This document shows positions 10,521 to 19,468 of a stretch of DNA of 61,637 nucleotides, piece after piece. The stretch is taken from assembly GCA_022794055.1 (NCBI GenBank), contig JAAWEA010000026.1, positions 1 through 61,637 on the forward strand. The letters are read 5' to 3'. Position numbers and translations under genes: made by a program. The DNA comes from Clostridia bacterium. Lineage in GTDB: Bacteria > Bacillota > Clostridia > TANB77 > CAG-508. Under the pieces are notes generated by a model. That model worked only from the letters and a program-made list of their open reading frames with translations, searched no databases and had not been told where the DNA came from. Each line of letters opens with the position of its first letter. The first letter of the stretch is position 1.

Positions 10521-10628
10521 GGGGGAAAAAGGGTCCAGGACAAAAAATCCCTCTTTATTATAATTATTTATAAAACTAAAATAAATATTTTAAAAGAGGG
10601 ATTTTTTGTCCTGGACCCTTTTTCCCCC
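10521..10628. repeat. REPIN-like doublet: two inverted 35-nt REP units separated by an AT-rich 38-nt spacer
   Basis: Left arm 10521-10555 gggggaaaaagggtccaggacaaaaaatccctctt is the perfect reverse complement of right arm 10594-10628. The core gggtccaggacaaa recurs beside the RAYT gene at 17331-17367 and 18227-18299. The arms are extended outward by GA-rich / TC-rich tracts (about 10476-10650). Confidence 0.85.
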
Positions 10629-10711
10629 TTCCCCTTTTCCTCTTTTTCCTTTAATGCTTTACTCTTTATTTAAAAATAGCTATTCAAGATTTCTCTTAAA
10701 TAGCTATTTTT

Positions 10712-11015
10712 CTATACAAGCACTTCTGCTTTCTTCTTTTTCATTTCAACTTGTGGTGGAATTAATGGACTATAATTTTCTCCATCAAAAACATCTACCT
10801 CCACTGTTCTTGTTAAAACATCTGTGTAACTATATGTTACATTTCTATCATTTTCTTCATATTTTACTACAAAAATATTAGGATATGCTTTTTCTAATGT
10901 AGCTTCTTTTTCAAAAGTTTTACTTCTTCCGAAGTGAACCTTTTACTATTATCTTTTGACCCACTTTATCTAAGATGTCTGTTTTTAGATTTGATATATC
11001 TGTTGGACAAATCAT
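10712..11015 (-). CDS. veg: Veg-family small protein; the reading frame needs a +1 shift at an in-frame CGG (10929-10931)
   Basis: Absent from the ORF track. The ATG at 11015 follows aggtg. Frame 0 reads MICPTDISNLKTDILDKVGQKIIVKGSL-CGG and stops 3 codons later. The +1 frame continues GRSKTFEKEATLEKAYPNIFVVKYEENDRNVTYSYTDVLTRTVEV... to TAG at 10712, matching the Veg pattern (YP..FV ... SYSY.D.LT.TVE). It lies next to yabG, as in Bacillus. Confidence 0.8.
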
Positions 11016-11178
11016 GCTATCACCTACTCCCTTAAGATAGCTTAAGTATAGCATTCCTTGCGAAAATTGTCAAAAAAAATATTCTTTTGTTCAGTACCAA
11101 TTTTGCCTTATTTTCTTGTAAAAATAACGCCTATCGCCTTCTATATTACATTTATATTACAATTTTATTACATTTTCA

Positions 11179-12006
11179 TTACACATATTTCATTTTTCCT
11201 TCTGCTCCTATTCCTCCAACTCCTTTTCTTCCTTCTTTTAGTTCATCTGCAATATCATCAATAGTAATATATTTATACCTATTTGTTGTTGCTACCTTCT
11301 CAGCTATAATTAAAGGATCAATAAAATCAATCAATATTCTTGCTGGTGAAGACGCAAAATTTGCTCCAGCTAAAATTATTGCTTCAAAATAACTTTGACA
11401 TGCTCCTGCAAATATAACAGTATCTTTTTCATTTTCTTTATCATATCTTCTTGCTTCTTTTACTGTATTAATAAAATACCTTGAATTTCTATAATTATAA
11501 ATATCATTATAATTTGTTCCTCGTTTTATCATTCCATCATGTCCAGTTATAATCAAAATATCAGGTTGATATATTTTTAATAATTGATATACTACTTTAG
11601 GTTGTTTATATTCAGGAATATTTTTTACAACTGCATTTAATCCTAATTTATTATAATAATTATACGATTTTTGTGAATACCTCCTATCACCATCCAAATG
11701 TAGAATCTTTCCAGTAATAATTTTCTCTTTAAATCTACTTTCTTCTTTTGAAATAATTCCTATTTTATATTTTTTTTGCATTCTTTCTTTTATCTTTTTT
11801 TCTTCTTCTAATAAGTATCTTTTTATAAAATCCTTTTCTATCAAAGTTAAATCTTCTATATCACTATCTGCTTCTATTCTTTCTTTTACTCCACAAAGAA
11901 TAGCTATTGGTTGTTTTTTATTTACTATAATTCTTTTTACATAAAATATAATATCCTCGCCATGAGATTTTCTAGCCACAATATCTCCTTTTTTGATTTT
12001 TTTCAT
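11179..12006 (-). CDS. yabG: Sporulation-specific protease YabG
   Basis: 275-aa ORF. The N-terminal MKKIKKGDIVARKSHGEDIIF and C-terminal ...IITGHDG...FAGACQS... resemble peptidase U57 (YabG). It lies between veg and spoIIID. Confidence 0.8.
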   Translation of the reverse strand: MKKIKKGDIVARKSHGEDIIFYVKRIIVNKKQPIAILCGVKERIEADSDIEDLTLIEKDFIKRYLLEEEKKIKERMQKKYKIGIISKEESRFKEKIITGKILHLDGDRRYSQKSYNYYNKLGLNAVVKNIPEYKQPKVVYQLLKIYQPDILIITGHDGMIKRGTNYNDIYNYRNSRYFINTVKEARRYDKENEKDTVIFAGACQSYFEAIILAGANFASSPARILIDFIDPLIIAEKVATTNRYKYITIDDIADELKEGRKGVGGIGAEGKMKYV

Positions 12007-12090
12007 TTTACCACCTCATATTTTTGAGCTATTATATTCTATGTAATTTTGTCGTAATTTGTTAAAAAAAAATTGCCATTGGAAAATTTC

Positions 12091-12354
12091 CTATGACAGT
12101 TTTTTTTCATTGATATATTTCATTTTAGTAGCCATACCACCTCTTAAATGTCTTTCTGCCTTATTTTCATCTAAAATAATACGTACCTGTCTTGCTAGAC
12201 TAGGATTAATTTTCATTAACCTTTCAGAAACATCCTTATGTACTGTACTTTTACTTATATCAAACTTCTTAGCTGCCCCTCTTACTGTATCTTTTGAATC
12301 TATTATATAATGTGCAATTTCAATTGCACGCTTATCTATTGAAATACCTTTCAT
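12091..12354 (-). CDS. spoIIID: Sporulation transcriptional regulator SpoIIID
   Basis: 87-aa ORF with HTH ...TVRGAAKKFDISKSTVHKDVSERL... and C-terminal ...ERHLRGGMATKMKY, characteristic of SpoIIID. Confidence 0.85.
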   Translation of the reverse strand: MKGISIDKRAIEIAHYIIDSKDTVRGAAKKFDISKSTVHKDVSERLMKINPSLARQVRIILDENKAERHLRGGMATKMKYINEKKLS

Positions 12355-12518
12355 AAAGTAAAAACCTCCAATTAGAATACTTTTGTTTAATTGTATTCGT
12401 TCTTTAAAGCATTTAGAACAATTTAAAATTCTGCATTTTGAGTTTTAAATAACTCTTTATATCAGGTATTTACTTCACCAAAAAAAAATTATATAATATC
12501 CCTATTAAAGGAGTTATT

Positions 12519-14099
12519 ATGATAAGAATTAGTAATATAAAAATAAAAAATGATTTATCAGAAGAAGAAATACTTGCAATAACTATTAAAAAATATGGTA
12601 TCTCAAAAAATACAATTAAAGACTGGCATATTTCCAAAAAATCAATTGATGCAAGGAAAAAAGATGATGTTCATTATTCTTATTCACTAGACATAAATTT
12701 AAAAGGAGAAGAAAAATTATTAAAATTTAAAAATATATCAAAAATAAAAGAAATCTCATTACCTACTTTCCAAATAAAAATGAATAAATCAATTAAACCT
12801 ATAATTATTGGAGCTGGCCCTGCTGGTTTATTTTCTGCATTATATTTTGTAAAAAACGGCTACAAACCAATGATAATAGAACAAGGAGATATGGTAGACA
12901 AAAGAGCAAAAATAGTTGATGAATTTATAAAATTCGGAAATTTACATCCTCATTCAAATGTACAATTTGGTGAAGGAGGTGCTGGCACTTTTTCTGATGG
13001 AAAACTTACCACAGGAATAAACTCTCCTTATATAAAAACTGTTTTAAAAGAATTCGTAAAATTTGGTGCTCCTAAGCAAATATTATATTTAACAAAACCT
13101 CACATCGGTACTGACAATTTAATAAAAATCATTAAGAACATGAGAGAATACATAATTTCTAAGGGAGGAAAATTTTTATTTAATACTAAATTTATTGATT
13201 TTGAAACTAATAATAATTGTATTTCAAAAATCTCTGTTTTACATTTAGATACTAATATAATAGAAGAAATTGATACAAGTGTGCTTATTCTTGCAATTGG
13301 TCATAGTTCAAGAGATACCTTCCAAAAAATATATGAAAAAGGTATATTATTAGAGCCTAAAAACTTCTCAGTTGGAGTTAGAATTGAACATCTGCAAAGC
13401 GAAATAAACAAAGCACAATATGGCAATATTACAAAACTAAAATTACCTGCTGCAGATTATAAATTAGCTTATCATAGTCCAAGTGGACGTTCTTGTTATA
13501 CATTTTGTATGTGTCCTGGAGGAACTGTAATGCCATCATCTAGTGAAAAAAATACAATTGTTACAAATGGAATGAGTTATTATGCTAGAAATGGGAAAAA
13601 TGCTAACTCTGCTGTTTTAGTAAATGTAACTCCTTCAGATTTTGCAAACAACTCTCCTTTGGCAGGTATTTATTTTCAAGAAAATTTAGAAAAAAAAGCT
13701 TTTGAATTAGGTGGAGCAAATTATTTTGCCCCTGTTCAAAGATTTGAAGATTTTTATAAAAATAGAAAATCAGAGTTTATTGGAAGTATTGAGCCTTCCT
13801 ACAAACCTGGTTATACTTTATCTAATTTAAATGATATAATACCTAATTTTGTATCTTCTACTTTAAAAGAGGGAATACTTTATTTTGATACAAAATTAAA
13901 AGGTTTTGCTAATCCAGATAGTATTTTAACTGGTATGGAAACTCGAAGTTCATCACCTGTTAAAATTTTAAGAAATGAAGAACTTATTTCTAATATAAAT
14001 GGTATTTATCCTTGTGGTGAAGGTGCTGGATATGCTGGTGGTATAATGTCAGCCGCTGTTGATGGTATAAAATGTGCAATTGCTACAATTAGTAATTGA
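12519..14099 (+). CDS. FAD-dependent oxidoreductase (COG2509-like, uncharacterised)
   Basis: 526-aa ORF with dinucleotide-binding IIIGAGPAGLFSA. The C-terminal GEGAGYAGGIMSAAVDG is typical of this family. An aaaggag RBS lies upstream. Confidence 0.7.
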   Translation: MIRISNIKIKNDLSEEEILAITIKKYGISKNTIKDWHISKKSIDARKKDDVHYSYSLDINLKGEEKLLKFKNISKIKEISLPTFQIKMNKSIKPIIIGAGPAGLFSALYFVKNGYKPMIIEQGDMVDKRAKIVDEFIKFGNLHPHSNVQFGEGGAGTFSDGKLTTGINSPYIKTVLKEFVKFGAPKQILYLTKPHIGTDNLIKIIKNMREYIISKGGKFLFNTKFIDFETNNNCISKISVLHLDTNIIEEIDTSVLILAIGHSSRDTFQKIYEKGILLEPKNFSVGVRIEHLQSEINKAQYGNITKLKLPAADYKLAYHSPSGRSCYTFCMCPGGTVMPSSSEKNTIVTNGMSYYARNGKNANSAVLVNVTPSDFANNSPLAGIYFQENLEKKAFELGGANYFAPVQRFEDFYKNRKSEFIGSIEPSYKPGYTLSNLNDIIPNFVSSTLKEGILYFDTKLKGFANPDSILTGMETRSSSPVKILRNEELISNINGIYPCGEGAGYAGGIMSAAVDGIKCAIATISN

Positions 14100-14136
14100 T
14101 ACATTTCAAAATTTTTAGAACAGTAATTCAATTATC

Positions 14137-14165
14137 TTGACATCAATATACATTTAGCATATACT
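14137..14165 (+). promoter_or_regulatory. SigA-type promoter candidate for the oxidoreductase operon
   Basis: TTGACA (14137-14142), a 17-nt spacer, then TATACT (14160-14165), about 85 nt upstream of the porC-like start. Confidence 0.55.
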
Positions 14166-14249
14166 AAAGTTGTCAAAAAGCACAACTAAAATAACAGCTT
14201 TTTAAATAAGTTTATTTTGGCAAACAAAAATAAAAAAGGAGGCTTTTGC

Positions 14250-14828
14250 ATGGACAATTTAATAGAAATTAGATGGCATGGTAGAGGTGGTCAAGGTGCC
14301 AAAACTGCATCTTTATTATTAGCTGATGCCGCATTTAACACAGGAAAATATATACAAGGATTCCCTGAATATGGTCCAGAAAGAATGGGAGCACCAATTA
14401 CTGCTTATAACAGAATTAGTGATACTCCAATTACAGTTCATAGTAATATTTATGAACCAGATTATGTAGTTGTAGTAGATGACACATTATTAGAATCTGT
14501 ACCAGTTACAGAAGGTTTAAAAGAAACAGGAGCAATTGTCATAAACACAACAAAATCACCAGAGTACTTAAAAGAGATTTTAAAAGATTATAAAGGAAAT
14601 ATCTATACAATAGATGCAAGAAAAATATCAATAGAAGCACTTGGAAAATATTTTCCAAACACTCCTATGCTAGCAGCAATAGTTAAAGTTAGTGGAATTA
14701 TGTCAGATGATGCTTTATTAGAAGATATGAAAAGTTCATTTAAACACAAATTTGCAAAAAAACCAGAAGTTATTGAAGGTAATTTAAAAGCATTAGAACT
14801 AGCATTAAAAGAAGTTACAAAAATTTAA
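14250..14828 (+). CDS. porC: 2-oxoacid:ferredoxin oxidoreductase gamma subunit (pyruvate/ketoisovalerate type)
   Basis: I chose the start at ATG 14250, after aaaaggagg; the track ORF starts at a TTG at 14217. IRWHGRGGQGAKTAS is the gamma-subunit signature. Substrate specificity cannot be read from the sequence. Confidence 0.8.
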   Translation: MDNLIEIRWHGRGGQGAKTASLLLADAAFNTGKYIQGFPEYGPERMGAPITAYNRISDTPITVHSNIYEPDYVVVVDDTLLESVPVTEGLKETGAIVINTTKSPEYLKEILKDYKGNIYTIDARKISIEALGKYFPNTPMLAAIVKVSGIMSDDALLEDMKSSFKHKFAKKPEVIEGNLKALELALKEVTKI

Positions 14829-14877
14829 AATAGAGAATACACATACTTTCCCTATTTTTAAGAAAGGAGATTTAATT

Positions 14878-15183
14878 ATGACAAACATTGATAAAACAAC
14901 ACCAATGGAAAAATTAACAGTTGGTGGAAATATATATCAAGCAGGAAATGCAAAAGAATTCAAAACAGGTGATTGGAGAAGCATAAGACCAGTTTGGATA
15001 GAAGAAAAATGTAAACAATGTGGATTATGTTTTCCTGTTTGTCCTGATAATGCAATTCCAGTTTGTAAGGAAACATTAGGAAGAACAGATTATAATTATG
15101 ATTATTGTAAAGGATGTGGCGTATGTGCTAAAGTATGTCCATTTGGTGCAATTGTTATGAAGGAAGAAGGTGCTAAAGAATAA
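14878..15183 (+). CDS. porD: 2-oxoacid:ferredoxin oxidoreductase delta subunit (2x[4Fe-4S])
   Basis: 101-aa ORF with two ferredoxin motifs, CKQCGLCFPVCP and CKGCGVCAKVCP. Confidence 0.85.
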   Translation: MTNIDKTTPMEKLTVGGNIYQAGNAKEFKTGDWRSIRPVWIEEKCKQCGLCFPVCPDNAIPVCKETLGRTDYNYDYCKGCGVCAKVCPFGAIVMKEEGAKE

Positions 15184-16373
15184 TGAGTATAAGAGAAAGA
15201 TTAAGTGGAAATGAAGCAGTAGCAACTGCTATGAAACAAATCAATCCTGATGTTGTAGCAGCATTCCCTATCACACCATCTACAGAAATTCCGCAATACT
15301 TTTCAACATTTGTTGCAAATGGATCTGTTGATACAGAATTTGTTGCAGTTGAAAGTGAACATAGTGCAATGAGTGCTTGTATAGGTGCTGAATCTGCTGG
15401 TTCAAGAGCAATGACAGCTACATCTGCAAATGGTTTATCTTTAATGTGGGAAATGATTTATATAGCTTCTAGTTTAAGACTTCCTATTGTTTTAAATTTA
15501 GTAAATAGAGCTGTATCTGGTCCATTAAATATTCATTGTGATCATTCAGATGCAATGGGTGTTCGTGATAGTGGATGGATAATGTTATTTTCAGAGAATA
15601 ATCAAGAAGCTTATGATAATAATTTAATGGCACATAAAATTGCAGAAAATGAAAATGTGCAATTACCAGTTATGATTTGCCAAGATGGATTTATTACATC
15701 TCATTCTATTGAAAATATTGAATTAGAAGAAGATTCAGAAGTCAAAAAATTTGTTGGTGAATATAAACCAGAACATTATTTATTAAATAAAAAAGAACCA
15801 ATTGCAGTAGGTCCTTTAGATTTACAAGCTTACCTTTTTGAACATAAAGCACAACAAGGTGAAGCTATGAAAGCTGCAAAACAAGTTATATTAGATGTAT
15901 CTAAAGAATTTGAAAATTGGACTGGAAGAAGTTATAGCTTTTTCGAAAAATATAAATTAGATGACGCAGAAATTGCAATAGTTTGCATGAACTCGACTGC
16001 TGGAACTACAAAATCTGTTGTAGATGAATTAAGAAATAATGGTATTAAAGCTGGTTTATTAAAAATAAGAGTTTACAGGCCATTCCCAAGTGAAGAAGTA
16101 GCAAAAGCATTATCAAATTTAAAAGCAATTGCAGTTTTAGACAGATCTGATTCTTTAAATGCAATGGGTGGAGCATTATTTGAAGATGTTGTATCAAGTA
16201 TGTATGTTGAAAAAATCAATGTACCAACAGTAAATTATGTATATGGAATTGGTGGTAGAGATACTACTGAAAATGATATAAAATCTGTTTATGAAGATTT
16301 ACAAGAAATTGTTAAAACAGAAAAAATTGACAATCCTTATAGATACTTAGGTTTAAGAAAGGAGGCTAAATAA
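15183..16373 (+). CDS. porA: 2-oxoacid:ferredoxin oxidoreductase alpha subunit
   Basis: 396-aa ORF beginning LSGNEAVATAMKQINPDVVAAFPITPSTEI, typical of the alpha subunit. Its start codon overlaps the delta-subunit stop by one base (TAATG, 15181-15185). Confidence 0.85.
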   Translation: MSIRERLSGNEAVATAMKQINPDVVAAFPITPSTEIPQYFSTFVANGSVDTEFVAVESEHSAMSACIGAESAGSRAMTATSANGLSLMWEMIYIASSLRLPIVLNLVNRAVSGPLNIHCDHSDAMGVRDSGWIMLFSENNQEAYDNNLMAHKIAENENVQLPVMICQDGFITSHSIENIELEEDSEVKKFVGEYKPEHYLLNKKEPIAVGPLDLQAYLFEHKAQQGEAMKAAKQVILDVSKEFENWTGRSYSFFEKYKLDDAEIAIVCMNSTAGTTKSVVDELRNNGIKAGLLKIRVYRPFPSEEVAKALSNLKAIAVLDRSDSLNAMGGALFEDVVSSMYVEKINVPTVNYVYGIGGRDTTENDIKSVYEDLQEIVKTEKIDNPYRYLGLRKEAK

Positions 16374-16374
16374 T

Positions 16375-17325
16375 ATGGCATATAATTTTAAAGAAATTGT
16401 TGCAAATAAGCCTTCAAGATTCACAGAAGGACACAGAATGTGTGCTGGATGTGGTGCCCCAGTTGTAGCAAGACATATTTTAAGAGCTTTAAAAGAAGAA
16501 GATCATGCAGTAATAGCAAATGCAACAGGATGTATGGAAGTTTCAACATTTATTTATCCATACTCTGCTTGGACAGATTCATTTATCCACACAGCATTTG
16601 AATCAGCTGGAGCTACTTTATCAGGTGTAGAAGCAGCATATAAATCACTTAAAAAACAAGGAAAATTGCCAGAAGATGAACACACTAAATTCATTGCCTT
16701 TGGTGGAGATGGTGGTACTTATGATATAGGTCTACAATCATTGTCAGGTGCAATGGAAAGAGGTCATGATATGGTATATGTATGTTATGACAATGGAGCA
16801 TACATGAATACAGGAATTCAACGTTCATCAGCAACACCTCAGTTTGCTGATACAACTACATCACCAGCTGGAAAAGTAATTCCAGGTAAAATGCAACCTA
16901 GAAAAGATTTAACAAAAATTTTAGCTGGTCATCATTTACCTTATGTAGCACAATCAGCTGCAATAAATAATATGAAAGATTTATATGAAAAAGCTGAAAA
17001 AGCAATTTATACAGAAGGTCCAACATTCTTAAATGTTTTAGCCCCTTGCCCAAGAGGTTGGAACTATCAAACAGAAAACCTAATGCAAATCAACAAATTA
17101 GCAGTAGAAACATGTTATTGGCCTTTATATGAAATTGTAGATGGAGTATATCATGTAAATTACAAACCAGCAAAAAAACTTCCAATTGAAGAATTCTTAA
17201 AACCACAAAAGAGATTTAAACATATGTTTAACCCTGGAAACGAATGGATGATTGAAGAATTCCAAAAAGAAGTTGACAGCAGATGGCAAGAACTTTTAGA
17301 TTTAGAAGAAATAACAAATAAATAA
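16375..17325 (+). CDS. porB: 2-oxoacid:ferredoxin oxidoreductase beta subunit (TPP-binding)
   Basis: 316-aa ORF with Cys motif CAGCG..., TPP-binding GGDGGTYDIG, and ...NTGIQRSS. Confidence 0.85.
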   Translation: MAYNFKEIVANKPSRFTEGHRMCAGCGAPVVARHILRALKEEDHAVIANATGCMEVSTFIYPYSAWTDSFIHTAFESAGATLSGVEAAYKSLKKQGKLPEDEHTKFIAFGGDGGTYDIGLQSLSGAMERGHDMVYVCYDNGAYMNTGIQRSSATPQFADTTTSPAGKVIPGKMQPRKDLTKILAGHHLPYVAQSAAINNMKDLYEKAEKAIYTEGPTFLNVLAPCPRGWNYQTENLMQINKLAVETCYWPLYEIVDGVYHVNYKPAKKLPIEEFLKPQKRFKHMFNPGNEWMIEEFQKEVDSRWQELLDLEEITNK

Positions 17326-17330
17326 AAAGT

Positions 17331-17367
17331 AAGAGGGAAAATGGGTCCAGGACAAATTTTCCCTCTT
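17331..17367. repeat. Single REP unit forming a hairpin; likely bidirectional terminator between porB and the RAYT gene
   Basis: In aagagggaaaat-gggtccaggacaa-attttccctctt, the 12-nt arms pair around the conserved gggtccaggaca core. Confidence 0.75.
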
Positions 17368-17375
17368 TAATATTT

Positions 17376-18128
17376 TCATACTTTATTACTTTTTATTAAG
17401 TTTGTAATTCTGTTCTTTCCCAATTTTAATATCTTACAAATTTCACTATTAGTCATTTTACATTCTATTTTCAATTTTTCAATTAATTTTAGTAGCTTAT
17501 TATTATTCTTTTTTATATCTTCTAACGTTTTAAATTTATTTTCTTCTAAAAATTCTTCTATTATTACTTTATAAAACTCATTATAATTAGTTATTCTTTT
17601 AAAGTATCTTTTGTGAATATCGATAAATATTTGTTTATAATTGTCCTCATCAAATATAAGTAAAATATTTTCTCTACTTACATCTCCTAAAATAAATTCT
17701 TTATATGATGAGTATTTATAACTAGATAATTTTTTTACAATACCTGCTCTATATGGATTAAAATGTATATATGCTAAAGCATTATATAAATATTTCCTAT
17801 CTGTAATCTGTTCACATTTATATCTATCTCTAAATACATATCCTACTCTTTCTTCATATTTGTTGTAAATCTGTGCATACTCCTTATTTATTTGATACAT
17901 ATATTTAGAAACATTCTTTATATTATTATGAAATATCAAAATATGTGTATGATTATCCATAATAGCATAAGCTAATAGATTTAAATTATATTGCTTAGAA
18001 TTTTGTTTTAATAATTTTTTATATAAATTTTTATATATGCTATTTTTAAAAATTTCTTCCTTATTGATTCCTTGAACCATAATATGTAAGAAGGAAGAAT
18101 TATAATATTTTCTGTTTAATTTAGGCAT
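17376..18128 (-). CDS. REP-associated tyrosine transposase (RAYT; IS200/IS605-like Y1 HUH transposase)
   Basis: HUH-type motif MDNHTHILIF and tyrosine motif LAYIHFNPYRAGIV. I chose the start at ATG 18128 (MPKLNRKYY), which follows aggag. REP palindromes flank it on both sides. Confidence 0.8.
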   Translation of the reverse strand: MPKLNRKYYNSSFLHIMVQGINKEEIFKNSIYKNLYKKLLKQNSKQYNLNLLAYAIMDNHTHILIFHNNIKNVSKYMYQINKEYAQIYNKYEERVGYVFRDRYKCEQITDRKYLYNALAYIHFNPYRAGIVKKLSSYKYSSYKEFILGDVSRENILLIFDEDNYKQIFIDIHKRYFKRITNYNEFYKVIIEEFLEENKFKTLEDIKKNNNKLLKLIEKLKIECKMTNSEICKILKLGKNRITNLIKSNKV

Positions 18129-18226
18129 TATTCTCCTTTCTATTTTTGATTTTTGGATAACTGATATGATAGATTCTATCATTTAGAATAAAAATTATAT
18201 GATTAAAATTTAAAATAGATTAAAAT

Positions 18227-18299
18227 GGGAAAAAGGGTCCAGGACAAAAATTCCCTCTTATGTAATAAAAGGGAATTTTTGTCCTGGACCCTTTTTCCC
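18227..18299. repeat. REPIN-like doublet upstream of the RAYT gene
   Basis: 18227-18255 gggaaaaagggtccaggacaaaaattccc is the perfect inverted repeat of 18271-18299 gggaatttttgtcctggaccctttttccc, with a 15-nt loop. It lies 10 nt downstream of the ferredoxin stop, so it probably also terminates that gene. Confidence 0.85.
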
Positions 18300-18308
18300 T
18301 CTCTCTTT

Positions 18309-18479
18309 TTAAGCTTCTTCTGGTGCTTCTACTGGGCACACACCTTGACATGTACCACAAGAAATACATGCAGATTCATCTATAACAAATCTTTCCTCAC
18401 CTTGTGAGATACACCCTACTGGGCATTCTGCTGCACATGCTCCACAAGATATACATTTATCTGTAATTTTATAAGCCAT
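18309..18479 (-). CDS. fdx: Clostridial-type 2x[4Fe-4S] ferredoxin (56 aa)
   Basis: Below the ORF-track size cut-off. Translation is MAYKITDKCISCGACAAECPVGCISQGEERFVIDESACISCGTCQGVCPVEAPEEA, with two CxxCxxCxxxCP motifs. A ggaggtg RBS lies upstream. Confidence 0.9.
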   Translation of the reverse strand: MAYKITDKCISCGACAAECPVGCISQGEERFVIDESACISCGTCQGVCPVEAPEEA

Positions 18480-18530
18480 TTTTTTCACCTCCTAATACTT
18501 TATATACTTATTTATTTTTAATTTGTAATA

Positions 18531-19451
18531 TTAGTAAGACACATTATTCTTATTTTCATTATCTTGTTTTTCTAACTTTTCTAATTCTTCTAGTTCTTTT
18601 TTATTTTCTTCCTCTTCTTTGTTTATTCGTTCTTTAGCAATATCCTTAATTACTTTAATATCCTTTACATCATATTTCTTATATGTGTTACCTTCTTCAT
18701 TTTTAAATTTTACACGCACTTTCTCTTTTAAAATTTCAATATTATCAACTTCACCTTGACCATCTTCTGTTTTTACAATAGCTCCTACATTAGGTAAACG
18801 TTCCAACTTTTCTTCATATACTTCATTTTCATACTTTAAGCAACACATTAATCTTCCACAGTTTCCTGATATCTTAGATGGATTTAATGATATATTCTGT
18901 TCTTTTGCCATCTTAATAGAAACAGCTTCAAAATCACTTAAAAATGTGCAGCAACATAGCTCTCTACCACATACACCATTTCCACCAATTCTCTTAACAT
19001 CATCTCTAACACCAATTTGCCTCAATTCAATCCTCGTTTTATAAATAGCTGCTAAGTCTCTTACTAAATCCCTAAAATCAATTCTTCCATCTGCTGTAAA
19101 ATAAAATAATAATTTACTATTATCAAATTTACATTCTACTTCTGTTAATACCATTTCTAATTTATGTTCTTTTATTTTCTCTTGGCAAACTTTGAATGCT
19201 TCCTTTTCTATTTTTCTGCATTCTTCCTGCCTCTTATTATCTTTATATGTAGCAAATCTAAGTACAGTTTTTAATGGTTCTATAATCTTGTCATCTTCTA
19301 CATGTCTATTTGGAATCCATACTTCTGCATATTCTTCTCCTTGTGATGTTTCTACTATTACCTTATCACCTTTTTTTACTCTTAATCCCTTTGGATTAAA
19401 AAAATATATCTTTCCTAATTTTTTAAATCTAACTCCTATTATATTTTTCAA
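18531..19451 (-). CDS. yaaT: PSP1-domain protein (stage 0 sporulation protein YaaT / RicT-like)
   Basis: 306-aa ORF with Cys-rich PSP1 region GGNGVCGRELCCCTF...NCGRLMCCLKYE. It lies immediately downstream of holB, as in Bacillus. Confidence 0.85.
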   Translation of the reverse strand: MKNIIGVRFKKLGKIYFFNPKGLRVKKGDKVIVETSQGEEYAEVWIPNRHVEDDKIIEPLKTVLRFATYKDNKRQEECRKIEKEAFKVCQEKIKEHKLEMVLTEVECKFDNSKLLFYFTADGRIDFRDLVRDLAAIYKTRIELRQIGVRDDVKRIGGNGVCGRELCCCTFLSDFEAVSIKMAKEQNISLNPSKISGNCGRLMCCLKYENEVYEEKLERLPNVGAIVKTEDGQGEVDNIEILKEKVRVKFKNEEGNTYKKYDVKDIKVIKDIAKERINKEEEENKKELEELEKLEKQDNENKNNVSY

Positions 19452-19468
19452 ATCTCTTATTCCTCTCT

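Noticed and set aside
10476-10530. GA-rich ggggaa-type short repeats as a CRISPR array or microsatellite locus
   Set aside because: There are no regularly spaced repeat-spacer units. The tract is the outer extension of an inverted-repeat (REPIN) structure.
10606-10881. 91-aa plus-strand ORF overlapping the REPIN arm and veg
   Set aside because: It starts inside the palindromic repeat and runs antisense to the Veg-like coding sequence. It has no RBS and a Leu/Phe/Ser-rich composition typical of antisense AT-rich DNA.
14217-14249. Upstream TTG start for the gamma-subunit gene, as given by the ORF track
   Set aside because: The strong RBS aaaaggagg lies inside that extension, at the correct distance from ATG 14250. 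The extension (MANKNKKGGFC) is not part of the family N-terminus.
18225-18407. 60-aa plus-strand ORF
   Set aside because: It spans the REPIN doublet and the antisense of the ferredoxin gene. The minus-strand 56-aa ferredoxin, with two CxxCxxCxxxCP motifs, is clearly the real gene.
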